DNA of 64,000 nucleotides, from positions 44,995 to 108,994 of the IMG/VR virus record IMGVR_UViG_2830247124_000001. One strand, 5' to 3'. Both the position numbers and the translations under genes were made by a program. The notes below the pieces were generated by a model. The model saw only the letters and a list, made by a program, of their open reading frames with translations. It had not been told where the DNA came from and did not search any database. Of the stretch, positions 26,334 to 37,800 are shown in pieces. Position 1 is the first letter of the stretch. Each line of letters opens with the position of its first letter. This DNA comes from a virus. Taxonomy: Duplodnaviria > Caudoviricetes.

Positions 26334-29090
26334 ATGGCAGAGAACGTCACGATCCAATTCCAGGCCGGAATGAACCGGCGTGCCGACGCCCCGGCCCAGG
26401 CCCCGTACGAGCTTCACAACGCAAAGCTCGGCGTCCACGGAGGCGTCCGGGCCTACCGGGCCCCGGAAGTGATGGAGGACCCGGCGGTCACCCAGGAGCC
26501 GAACACTCCCGACGAGCCCGGTGGCGAAAAGCCTTGGATCCGTTGGAACGACCAATGGTTCTCCCGCTTCTCCGATTCGTTTAACGACGCGAACGGGGAG
26601 CCGGTGGAGGTACTTCAAAACCACGACAAGCATAATGGCAACCTGTACGTCACGGGAACGAAGTCCCGGCAGTTGAGCGGAGACAATCAAAAGTCTCCCC
26701 ATACGTGGCGGGTGGATAAAAACGCCAATGGATTCGACCCTTTTGTGTTAAGCGAACCACCGGCGATAACTTCAATTGCTGTGAGCGGCTCATTTGAAGC
26801 TGGTGAAGCTCGTAGTGGAGACGTCTTAGACACGTCTGATAAGAAGGGTGGCATAAAAGGAAAGAGGGCGGTCTCCTATTTGGCAATTCCTGTCAACGAA
26901 AGGGGCGCTGCTGGGCCCTGGGTTTACTTCAGTCACTACCCCAAAAACGACGACGTGGACCAATACCGGGCCGTAACCTACGGCATCAACACCAACGGAG
27001 AAGCGAAATACGTTGAAGTTTACCGCACCAGGGAATGGAAAGAGGTGTACGAACTGACGAGTCAGGGCATGATTCCGCCGCCAGACCTGAGCTACTACTA
27101 CTTAGACCGGGTTAGTTTGAACCCAGACGGGATTGGGGATAATGCAAGCACGAGCGGCACACTTGTAGACGCGAATCACTGGGCCCACGAATACGACAGC
27201 GAAGAGAAGGCCGCCAACGTACTACCGACTGACACCAACGACCGGAAGATTAACGCCTGGACCTATGAAAGCATAGACTACAACAAGTATCAGAACTATG
27301 TCGATTCCCTGGAGGTCGGGTACTCGTTCGTTGTTGACTTAGGCCCTCCGGTTCATGTCGGGGCAGAGGCGATGCGAATGGTTGGCCGGGACCGGATGAT
27401 GTACGGAGCCCCCCAGTGGCCTTTGAAGCCTGTGCAGTTTGCGATGGCGACGCATGACACCACAACGAGCAGGAACTCAGATTGGGGAAATAGCACTGGC
27501 AGCAGGCTCTACGCTTACGAGTACAGCGTAGCTTCTGAAGATAGCGTCGTGTACGGCCCGCCAACTACCATAGACGGAGATGCGCACCCTATTTGGCAGG
27601 GAGAGCAAGCAGTCAACATGTGGACTGGTGGGGGGTCGGAATACTCAGACCGAAATACCGCAAAATCGAACGGGGTCTACACGACGGATTCTCGAAGCCT
27701 CTACAATATAGACGTGGATATTTTCGACCCATTCGAAGACACAACTGCAACGCGGTATCCCGAAGACGTGAACAACAAAAAGTGGGTGGAAGAGCCCAAC
27801 GTAGTTCTTCTATCTGAGCGTTTTCGGCCCCTGGAAGTCACGTTTGAGGACCAGTACCAAGTTCCGGAGGGGGAAAGCATCCGGGCTTTCTCACCAGCAC
27901 GGCTTTCGGAGGACGACTCGATTGCGAACTACAGCTTTTACATATACACCGACGAGGGGGTACACAGCGGAGAGCTTACCCAAGACAACGCGCAGACGTA
28001 CCGGGTAAGTACCGTGGGCGTAAAAAACTACACCGTCAGTCCAGACAACACCCCGGTTTATCAGAAGTCCCTCTATCAGGTCACGAAGTACGGCAGCGTG
28101 TACATAGGGACAGACAACAGGGTCTACAGCCTGCGGGGACGTAAATTCAATGCCCTCGACTCGGCGGTCCCGAACATCTGGTACTCTGACCTTAGTGAAC
28201 CGCAGTTCTCCGACGTCGAATACCAAGCAATCTACAACAACTACTCCGACGTTTGGAGCCAAGTCGGCGGGTTCGACGGGGACAAAACCCTAACCCCTTA
28301 CGACATTGCGTACGACCAGCACCGAGACCAGATCATGGTTGCTACGCTGAACAACGTCTGGATATTCGACATCGACCAGGAGGGGTGGGTTGGAAACTAC
28401 AACGTATCCGGAGTCGAGAACCTCCAGTACATAGGAAGCCTCGAAAGCTCCAATACGGCTACTCACAAGGCCGTGATGGCCCACAAAAACCCAGGGTCGA
28501 GCGCAGAGTACGTGCTTCTCAACGAAGACGGAGAGCCGCTTACCGACAATGCGGTGGTCACAAACCCCATCTTGCGCAGCCCCAACGAGTCGAAGATCCG
28601 GGAGGTGACTGCTGACTACGACCCCCTTTCCAGAGACGCGGACGTGAGCTTAAACAGCGGGTCTACGACAGTGAACGTAGAGTCTGGTGACACTTTCGAC
28701 ACGGCCTCTCCGTCGCTGGACAAGATGGCAACGGTGTTTATTCCGCAAGGCGAGGACGGGGGTTCGAAGAACCTCACCGGCCTTATTGGCTCTGTCACCG
28801 ACGCGACCACAGCAGAGCTTACCGAACCGGCAGGGGTAGACGCCGCCACTACCTCCCCCATTCCACTGCGGTGGTTCCCCCCGGCGATCATCCGCCAAGA
28901 GCCGACCGGCGACCACTACTCGGTAAACGACGTGAACGGAGACCCTGTGCGGCGCACCGAACTTGCCTACAAGATACACCCGAGGCGTCGGCGATACCCG
29001 CGCATGAACGGGACCGGCCACGTCATGCGGGTCGAGAAATTTCGCAACTTCAAGAGCTTGCAACTGAAGGTCGAGCAATCAGACCTGTAA
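26334..29090 (+). CDS. Tail nozzle/stabilisation protein (beta-propeller-like)
   Basis: 918 aa; N-terminal FQAGMN; beta-rich YGSVYIGTDNRVY and IAYDQHRDQIMV; precedes the ejection-protein-like genes. Confidence 0.65.
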   Translation: MAENVTIQFQAGMNRRADAPAQAPYELHNAKLGVHGGVRAYRAPEVMEDPAVTQEPNTPDEPGGEKPWIRWNDQWFSRFSDSFNDANGEPVEVLQNHDKHNGNLYVTGTKSRQLSGDNQKSPHTWRVDKNANGFDPFVLSEPPAITSIAVSGSFEAGEARSGDVLDTSDKKGGIKGKRAVSYLAIPVNERGAAGPWVYFSHYPKNDDVDQYRAVTYGINTNGEAKYVEVYRTREWKEVYELTSQGMIPPPDLSYYYLDRVSLNPDGIGDNASTSGTLVDANHWAHEYDSEEKAANVLPTDTNDRKINAWTYESIDYNKYQNYVDSLEVGYSFVVDLGPPVHVGAEAMRMVGRDRMMYGAPQWPLKPVQFAMATHDTTTSRNSDWGNSTGSRLYAYEYSVASEDSVVYGPPTTIDGDAHPIWQGEQAVNMWTGGGSEYSDRNTAKSNGVYTTDSRSLYNIDVDIFDPFEDTTATRYPEDVNNKKWVEEPNVVLLSERFRPLEVTFEDQYQVPEGESIRAFSPARLSEDDSIANYSFYIYTDEGVHSGELTQDNAQTYRVSTVGVKNYTVSPDNTPVYQKSLYQVTKYGSVYIGTDNRVYSLRGRKFNALDSAVPNIWYSDLSEPQFSDVEYQAIYNNYSDVWSQVGGFDGDKTLTPYDIAYDQHRDQIMVATLNNVWIFDIDQEGWVGNYNVSGVENLQYIGSLESSNTATHKAVMAHKNPGSSAEYVLLNEDGEPLTDNAVVTNPILRSPNESKIREVTADYDPLSRDADVSLNSGSTTVNVESGDTFDTASPSLDKMATVFIPQGEDGGSKNLTGLIGSVTDATTAELTEPAGVDAATTSPIPLRWFPPAIIRQEPTGDHYSVNDVNGDPVRRTELAYKIHPRRRRYPRMNGTGHVMRVEKFRNFKSLQLKVEQSDL

Positions 29091-29152
29091 AAGAAATACT
29101 TCCAATACTCTAATACGGCCTGATTCAAGGCCGCCTTACCTACTTCATTCAA

Positions 29153-29935
29153 ATGGCTATCGGAACGCTCACGGCAATGGGCATCTCGGCAGGAGCCTCC
29201 CTCCTGGGCAAAGGTGCCAACGCTATCTTCAACGACCGCCCGGACATTCCGGATTTCACCAGCGAGGTCGCAGGAGAGTTTGACGAGGCCCAACGCTCCC
29301 TCTCTCGGAAGCAGGACCGGCAGACCGACCAAGTACAGGCGGACGCTACGGCTGCGGGGGTCAACCCGGTTTCCGCCATGGCCGACGTGATCGAGTCGAA
29401 CAATCAGGCCCAGGCGGACCTCCAGGCGAAGGAGGCCGACGCAATGGCCGCCGCCGAAAACAAGGAGAAGCAGATGAAATACGGGCGTGCCCGCCAGAAG
29501 TATCAGTCCAGGGCCCAGGGCATTGGATCTCTGGTCAACGCCGTATCGACGGGCGTCTCCAACAAGGCCGCTCTCAACGCCATCGAGGGAATGGAAGAAG
29601 ATAAAAAAGGTGGTGGCGAGGGCGAGGGTGAGGGGGGCAGCGGCCAGGGGTCTTCCGGTGGCGGAATGGCAAGTGCAGCCTCAGCGGGCAACAACGTCGG
29701 ATCCCAATCTGGAGTCGGTGGCGGGCCGACCACAGCCAATGGTCGTTTTACGGACCCGAGCCTCTACGGAAGCGGCAATGAAGGCACTGGCGAGGGAATT
29801 GGAGGCGAGACTCTAAGCATACTTTCCGAAATGATGGGCGGTCAGATGGGGCCTCTTTTTGAGCAGCTTGCTGCCGACCAGATGGACGGTTCTGGGATGC
29901 CTGAAGAAATGAGCTTTGGAATCGGCTCCTACTAA
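29153..29935 (+). CDS. Putative ejection (internal virion) protein, small
   Basis: Gly/Ala-rich N-terminus MAIGTLTAMGISAGASLLG and helical Q/A-rich body, typical of podovirus ejection proteins. Confidence 0.6.
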   Translation: MAIGTLTAMGISAGASLLGKGANAIFNDRPDIPDFTSEVAGEFDEAQRSLSRKQDRQTDQVQADATAAGVNPVSAMADVIESNNQAQADLQAKEADAMAAAENKEKQMKYGRARQKYQSRAQGIGSLVNAVSTGVSNKAALNAIEGMEEDKKGGGEGEGEGGSGQGSSGGGMASAASAGNNVGSQSGVGGGPTTANGRFTDPSLYGSGNEGTGEGIGGETLSILSEMMGGQMGPLFEQLAADQMDGSGMPEEMSFGIGSY

Positions 29936-29937
29936 AC

Positions 29938-29953
29938 CCAAAGAATTATTTGA
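29938..29953. promoter_or_regulatory. 16-bp palindromic motif, copy 5 (CCAAAGAATTATTTGA)
   Basis: Two mismatches to consensus; intergenic. Confidence 0.6.
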
Positions 29954-29993
29954 TTTCTGCGAGGCCGGTATGGTCTCTGACTAATTTTTTTAC

Positions 29994-31817
29994 ATGCCCC
30001 CCGATCCCGAACCAACAACGCTCGACCTCATCAGAGGACTCGACGTGGGACAGTACCAGAACAACCCCCTCAACCCCGTCGCGTCACCCGATAGTCAGCC
30101 GGTGTACCCAAACGCAATAGAGAGGGGCAAACAGGCTGTACAGGAATCGGATAGTCCCCAGGTTCTGAAGCGGGCCCGCGAGTATATCACTGGACTCATC
30201 CAGCAAAACAGGGCGCGTGGTAATCAAGCAGAGCAGGGCAACTCCAAAATCCGGAACGACCCGAGAAGCCCTGGGACGGACATGGTCGAAGGAGAGCAGG
30301 TTACTGGCACGCAGGGGTTTGAGCCTCGCTTCGACCAGTCGGGCCCGGAGAATTTTGTGCCCCCCAACCAGAGGCCGCCGCAGCAACAAGACGAACCCCC
30401 CACCCCTGGCGGCGTCCCCCAGGACATAGCAAACCCAACACAGAACCAAGGTGGCCGAGCCCCCCAACAGCGGCCATACGCAGAGAGCATGTACAACATG
30501 CTTCAAAATGCCCAGCAGGGCCAGCGCCAGCAGGGCCAAATGCCCCCGTCCCAAGAGGCGCTGAACAACATGAGCGACGCGGCCCGAAGGCAGCTTGAGG
30601 CCGAGCGTGCATCTCAGCAACCCGGCCAGTCCAGCGGCACCTACCCCGGCGCGATGTCCGACTACATCCAGGACGCCTCCGGGGACGTCGTGAAGCTACC
30701 CCCTGGCGCGAGCGACGAGCAGATACAGGCCGTTTTGGACTCGGGCAAGAGACCGGTTATCAGCCAGGACCTCTCTGGCGTGGAGAAGTTCGAGGAGATC
30801 GACGTGGACTTTTCCCGCTCGAAGGAAGCGGTCCGGGACTTTGCAGACGCGAAAGTGAAGGCCGCCAAGAAGGGAGCCCTTGCCAGCCGGGTCGGCGCAG
30901 AAAACGCCAACACGCGGCTCATGGCCAACGCACTGGGGCCCGGACTATTTCAGGCTCTCACAGGCACACAGCAGCCCACAAATCGGGGCCGCAACCTATC
31001 GGCAGCGGCGGACCGGAGCGTGCGGAAGGCCCGTCAGGCGCAGTCTCAGGCGCAGCAGACAGCGGAGTTGGCACCGGCAGAGGCCGAGCGAAGAGTTGCA
31101 CAAATCGACCGACAGGAGCGACAGAAGCAGCGGCAGAGCGACCGGCAAACCCAGCAGCTTAACAACCAGCAAGAGCGCGAGCTTCAGAAGGCGCAGACCG
31201 ACGCGCAGATGCGGTACGTCAACAGCGTTTACGGCATGGCCCAGGAGGAGCGCCAGAGAGAACGGAAGCGCCTGCTCCGAGAGCAAAAGCGTCGCTTGGA
31301 GAACGCCCCCAACATCAACCGCAACCAGATACAGACGGTTCAAGACTTGACCCGGAACATGAACAGCCTTGCCGACGACATGAGAAGGCTCGGAAATGCG
31401 GCGAGCGTCTTGAGAAACCCAGACGAATACACCGAACAGGAAGTAGAAAGCACCAAGCAGACGCTCGCAAACGACTTCACTATCGTGGACGGGAACCCCC
31501 TCTCGATGGGCAATCAAAAGCTGGCCGACTCGGTAGCGAAGATGCACGAGGACCTGCGGGCAGACTACCAGAGCATCTTTAAGAAGAGAGCCACGATAAC
31601 CAACGCTGCGGACAACAATGCCTTTGGTGGTGGTGGATACAGGTCTTTGGGCAACCCCGGAAGCCCCACTGGCCAAAACGCAGGCCAAAGCTCGGAGCCG
31701 ACCGGCACGATTCCCACCCCGTCGGAGGCTGGCGGCAACAGCGGCGGCGGCAATGGCGGCGACAACCGGACCGAAGAGAGCACCGGTAGCAGCAGCGACT
31801 TGTGGGGCAACATTTAA
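29994..31817 (+). CDS. Putative ejection protein, medium (Q-rich coiled coil)
   Basis: 607 aa; position and low-complexity helical composition. Confidence 0.6.
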   Translation: MPPDPEPTTLDLIRGLDVGQYQNNPLNPVASPDSQPVYPNAIERGKQAVQESDSPQVLKRAREYITGLIQQNRARGNQAEQGNSKIRNDPRSPGTDMVEGEQVTGTQGFEPRFDQSGPENFVPPNQRPPQQQDEPPTPGGVPQDIANPTQNQGGRAPQQRPYAESMYNMLQNAQQGQRQQGQMPPSQEALNNMSDAARRQLEAERASQQPGQSSGTYPGAMSDYIQDASGDVVKLPPGASDEQIQAVLDSGKRPVISQDLSGVEKFEEIDVDFSRSKEAVRDFADAKVKAAKKGALASRVGAENANTRLMANALGPGLFQALTGTQQPTNRGRNLSAAADRSVRKARQAQSQAQQTAELAPAEAERRVAQIDRQERQKQRQSDRQTQQLNNQQERELQKAQTDAQMRYVNSVYGMAQEERQRERKRLLREQKRRLENAPNINRNQIQTVQDLTRNMNSLADDMRRLGNAASVLRNPDEYTEQEVESTKQTLANDFTIVDGNPLSMGNQKLADSVAKMHEDLRADYQSIFKKRATITNAADNNAFGGGGYRSLGNPGSPTGQNAGQSSEPTGTIPTPSEAGGNSGGGNGGDNRTEESTGSSSDLWGNI

Positions 31818-31877
31818 CCTGAAGCATTTTAAGCTGAAGCAAGTGCGCCCACTCGGGCGTCATACCAATGATTTTAT

Positions 31878-34800
31878 ATGCCAACCCCAAATAATCAGAA
31901 CTCCTCTTCAAACCAGAACTCCTCTACGGCCCAGACCGACGAGGAGCCCAGTCCGGATGGCGGAAACTACTACGGCCCGTCGGAGGACCCCCTCGACGAG
32001 CTTCGTGGACAAAACGGAGAGCCGACCCCCAGCAACTCGACCGGCTCTTCCGACGGGACGAAGATAGACCCGGCAAACTCCCCGGCCCTGTACGAGTCTC
32101 TCGGGGTGGACCCGCTTGACTTCGGGCAGGAGATCCAGGAAACCGATGGCGGCACCGAACGGGTGGAGACCAAACCCCAGACGGTGGACACGAGCACAGA
32201 CCCCATCGACCGCAACACCGAGCAAATCTTAAACGCTGCGGCCAACGGCAACATGCCAGAGGCCCCCGAGGTTGACGTCGAGCCCCTTGAGCGGCCCGAC
32301 GACTCTGGGCCCCTTCACTTCACGCGCAAGTGGTTTGGCGAGGAGCTACAGGAGACGATGGATCCGAGCAATCTTGCCGGGTTCAACGACATGAGCGACA
32401 AGGAGGTCATCAACTACGTCGCCGAGCAGCGCCCGGACTTCGTCGAGCGAGGCGTGATCGACCCGGAGAACCCGAAGGAGAGCCTCCAAAACGTAGACCA
32501 ATACTTCCGGAAGCGCGTCCAGCAGCGCCAGCGCAAGACGGCCCACGGGACCTACTTCCCGGAGCTTCGCAACCACCTCGTCGCTACCACCGGAAAGGAA
32601 GCGACAGAGGCCAGCGACGAGAAGCTGGTCAAGATGTACGCCGATAAGCACTACGAGAACCAGGGGCCGACGGACGTGGCCGACGTGATCGACGACATGA
32701 TCGCAGACGGCAAGAAGCGCCAGGAGGACATGATGGAGAATTCCGATAACGTCCAGCGGGCCTCCAGCCCGAAGGAGTTCATCGACCTCACCAACAAGCT
32801 GGAGCAGCACCACGAGAACGCCGAGAAGGAAGGCTTCAAGCCGGATATGGTCGTGACGTACACCGACCCGGACACCGGCGCGGACCTGATGTTCGCTTCG
32901 CCTGAGCGGGCGGACCGCTACCAGAAGAAGATGCGCAACCGCTCTCTGGACCGAGTAGACCGTGGACCCATCGAGGAGTTTTTGGTCGGGGCAACCGCAC
33001 GGGCCGGGATTGACATGGCGGACCTCTTTACCGAGATCGGCCAGTACGGAGTCCGGGTTGCAAATCAGGCCGGTGCCGAGACCGAAGATACGGTCAACGC
33101 GATGGAGGATTTCCAGAAGAACATGCAGTCGATCCGGCAGTCCGGGTCGGTTCGGCAGTCCGACGACATCGGTGACCTGGAAGTGTACGAGGAGGATGAC
33201 TCCTGGTACATGCCGTCCGGGGGTGCGCTTACCGACGCCAACTGGTGGGCCTCCACCGTCGGTGAGGTCACCGGCCTGTCGGTGCCGGGGATCGGCGCTG
33301 CCGGTGCCGGGATGAAGCTCGGCTCGAAGCTGTTTAAGGGGATGAAGTTCTTTGGGCGTGCCAGCCGACTGGAAAAGATCCAAGACGCCGGGAAGCTGGT
33401 GAACAAAGCAGAGGTTACCGACGGCATGATCCGGAAGGCAAAGGGCCTGGAGATGGCCGCGAAGACCGGGACCGCCGCCGCGATGTACGAGATGCCGCTC
33501 GAAACGGGGGAGGCTCTGAAGACCCTGTACCGGGAAAACGACAACCCGTCCGCTGGGGAACAGGCTATTGCTATCGGGTCGGGGCTGGTGTCCGGATGGA
33601 TCGGGACGATTGGTGACGCCGCGTTTGCCGACGCGCTGAAGAAGAGCCTTGGCCGAGAATTTGGAGAAGAGATTCCAGACGCCGCGAAGAAAAGCGCAAC
33701 GCGGGCCGTGATGAGCCGCCTCGGAACTGAGGTGAAGAAGTTCGGCGGGACCCTCCCGGTCGAGACGAGCACCGAGATTACGCAGGAGGTTACCAAGGAC
33801 GTCGCCAAGCAGTTCAGCACCGAAGGGTACGACTCCTTCGAAGCCTTCTGGGAGGACAACCGCGAGAAGTACGCGGAGGTCACCGCCGGGTCCATTGGCC
33901 TGACCGCATTTATGGGCGGGATCGGTGCGGGGCCCTCCTCGGTCCGTGCCGGAATGAAGGGAATGAAGGAGCACAGCATCGGCGTCTTGGAACAGATGCA
34001 CGACGATGAAGCCCTAGCGGAATACGGCGGGTTTGGGTTTTACGAGCGGCGAAGGGGCAAGGGGCTCGAAGTGCGGGTGGAGGCAAGCAGACTGCAAGAC
34101 AAGGAGACGATTGAAAACGTCCGCCAGCGGTTTGAGGAGGAAAATGTCGATGGGGACGTGGACATCGAGGTGTTCAACGGCACGAGGCGGGTCGAGAAGG
34201 TCTCCGGGTTCGGCGAACTGCTGAAGAAGACGCCCGAAATCATGCGCAAGGTGAAGCGGGGCGACGCGGTGAAGGTAGACGGGATGAACCTCAGCCCCAG
34301 CCGCATCGACGCGGTTGAGGACCCAGGCACTGAGCCGCAGACGTCCGCCACGGAGGGTCGGCGCAACCAGTACGAGACCCCCCTGGGCAGAACCTACGAA
34401 GGAGAGAACGCCAAGGAGCGGGCCAACGAAGCCGCCAAGCACGAGAAGTACGAGGGCTCGGTTATCGAAGACGGGGGCACGAAGTACCTCATCTCACGGG
34501 TGCGGACTGGCGAAGACGGCGGGGACCCCCAGTTCACCGGCAAGGCCCTCGACGGCAGTGGGGACACGATCAGCCCCAGCGAAATCAGCGACGATCAGGT
34601 CGTTTCTTGGAGGAGCCAGACCCAGGACATCGATTCAGAGCTTACCCAGGAGCTTGACGACGTCAGCGGAATCGACCTCGTCAACCCGGACGAGCAGACC
34701 CAGAAGGACGTCATTTCTCTGGTCGATGGCGCACTGGACCGTGGAGACATCAGCGAAGAGAAGGCCGAGGAGCTAAAGGGCAAGATGCGTCAGTACCGCG

Positions 34801-37800
34801 CCGTGCAGTCAACGCTTGGCGAGGACAATCAGGTGCCTGCCGTGCAGGAGACTGCACGAGAGACCCGTGACCAACTCAAGACGGAACTCGATGAGGAGTT
34901 CAAAAACCTCGTCGAGATGCGGGACTCCGACAGCAGCGACGCGGCCACAGGCGAGGACGTGACCACAGAAGACGCTACCACCGGCGAGGATGTCACTACC
35001 GGCGAAGACGTTACCACCGGCGAGGACGTGACCGGTGAAGACGTGACCGCAACTGATACGGATGTAGGCGAGGCGGATGTCGAAGCCCAACAAGATGTTG
35101 AGGATCCACTAAACGGCATCGAGCCAATGGGTGACCAAGAAGCCGGGGGTATTGACTATGGAAAAGGCAAGCTGGATGAATGGACGCAGGAAAATCCTGA
35201 CATCGAATCGGACACGGCAGAGAAACTTGAAAACGCGAGCAACGAAGAACTGGAAACGCTCGTGCGCAGCACGGCGGCCTTTATCCAGAACCGGCGCGTC
35301 ACGGGAAGTCAGCGCGACGTAGACAACGTCATCGAGACGCTGAAGGACAAAAAAGACGGTGATTCAGCAGAGGGGGACTTCCTAGTTACACAACTACCGG
35401 ATGCGATGGCGGCCCTTCGTGAACTGCGGCGACGGGCGCAAAAAGAAGCAGAGAAACAGGGGGACTCTACCTCGGCAGACTCAAATAATTCTACGAGTTC
35501 TGCCGAAGACACGGGAGGGACCGCAGAAAACCCCGGCGCGGAGACGGCCAACCAGCCGATCAGCAAGCAGATCGACCAGACCGAGTCTAGCCAGCGCGGC
35601 AACGACATAGACCCGGACCCCTCAAAGCAGACCTGGAGCCCAGCCGACCGTGGGGAAAGCGGCGACGTGATCTACGGCCCCCAAGACGAGCGGGCAAAGA
35701 TCGAAAGCATGAACCCCCCGTCCGGAGGCAATGGGGTTAGCTACGACGTCACTCCCGAAAGCGACGCCAACACCACCAAGACCGTCCAGAAGAGCGACGG
35801 ATGGACCAAGGTACACCCCGATGACAGGGGCGAGACGAAGACAAACCCCACACCTTCTGGGAATACCGGGAGTCCTTCGGTCAAGCAGCAGGTTGCCGAT
35901 GCGCTTGCCAACTTCATGGACAACACCCCGGAGGCCGTGCAGGACCGACGGCAGGAATTCAGCGACTCCCTCCCCAGTGAGTGGAGCGTCAACCGCGTCG
36001 TCCGTGACGCCAACGCCGCAGGCACAGTCTTCGAGCGGCAGATGGACGAAGGCGAGACAGCAGATTCACCGGTCGATTACTGGGAGGTGGAGACCCCGGA
36101 CGGGTCCTTCCTTCTCCCCCAGCCGCAGCAGGGTGGGTTCAATGAGTTCGGCAACGTGGACGACAATGCAGGCACCAACAACGACATCAACTTCGGCGTC
36201 GAGGAGGATCAGGCCGTTTCAGACCCCTCGTCTATCGAGCCGGTACCCACCGAAGACATAGTTGGGACGCAGACGGAAAACACCTCAGACACGCAGAACA
36301 CCGATGAGGCAGATACTGGAGACGCCGAACCCCAGGGCAGCCAGAGCGCGGTAGACAACGTGAAAGAGACGTTCATGAACTTCCTCTCTTCTGAGGACAC
36401 GCGCACCAAGAGCTTTGAGGAGTTCAAAACCTTCGTTGAGGAGAACCTCAGTGGCGCTACCGCCAAGCAGGTAGAGTACGCCAGAGATAAGGCAAACATG
36501 CAGGTAGTGGAGGACGCCGACAATGGCGTTCCATACTATCAGGTCGATTACAACGGAGAGTCCTACGTCTTCCCGAAGCCTCTCAACGACAATGAGCTTG
36601 ACCGGGTGGGCACTATATTTGATGGAGACGCCCGTTCAATTGACGAGATCACTGACGTTACCCCCGCGACGTTAGAGGGTGGTGGGCCACTGGTTTCGGA
36701 GACCGGTTCTGTGAGCACGGCCTCCTCTGAAGCAAGCTCGGACTCTGGAGAGACGAGCACGGAAGATAACCAGACTGAAGATAGCGGCACCGAGGATACC
36801 GGTGACACTAGCCAGGACACCGACCAAGACACTGACCAGGACACAGAGACTGACGATACGGAGACTGACACCGAGGGCGACACGTTTGAAGAGAGGGAGT
36901 CGTTCACAGACTTCGCTGAAGAACTCGGCCTCGGGGACAGATACGGATTCCTGCACAAAATTGCGGATAACCTGAATCCTCTGACAGTCCGGTTGGCAGA
37001 TGAGAGCGAGTTTAGTGCCGACACGACAAACGCGGTCTACGATCCGGAGAGCCGCACCATTTACGTTAAGAGAGGCCGTTCGGCGGAAGAGGTCAACGAG
37101 ACGCTGGCCCACGAGATCGTCCACGCGATTGCCGTGGCTGAAGGCGCGTACAACACCAGCAAGGTAAAGAAGGAGGCCAAGACAATTGCCAGCGATGTGG
37201 TGGCGAAGCTCGAAGAGCGGGCCAAAGAAGTTGCCGAGAGAGACAACATCGAGTCCCTCGATGAAGGCCAGACTCTTCTGGGCAAGGCCGAGCGCCACCT
37301 CAACGGCATTGCGCGGAAGGTGGCAAGTGGGGAGATGGACTTCAGCGAGATGTTCACCTACGCGCTGACGGACCCGGACATTGCTGCGGTCCTGGACAGC
37401 CTGCCCGCAGAGCGGGACGTCTCCACAAGCGACACGATGTGGACGAAGATGAAGAACATCATCAAGGACGCTATCGCGTCGGTCGCCTCCAAGTCTCGAT
37501 TCGTGGGCGAGGACGTCGGCCCCAGCGAGCTTGACCGGGTCGAGTCGCTTCTGAACATCAACGAACTAGCCCCTGATGGCGCACTGGAAAACGAGAGCTT
37601 CAAGCAGGAGCTTGACCGGAAGCAGCGGAAGCGCAAGCGACGTGTGGAGGATGGCCGGGTCTCTCAGTCCGCCGCCGACCAGACATGGAGCACCTCCGAC
37701 GAGGACATCCTGTTCGGCCCGGACGGCCAGCGAGGGACCGTGCAGAAGAGCGCGTTCGGCACGTTCGACGTGCTGACCGAAAGCAACGGACTGGTAAAGG

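Noticed and set aside
32346-34001. Long antisense ORFs (551 aa here; also 10704-11963, 5256-6260, 51951-53003)
   Set aside because: They mirror strongly codon-biased genes on the other strand in GC-rich DNA and show no protein motifs.
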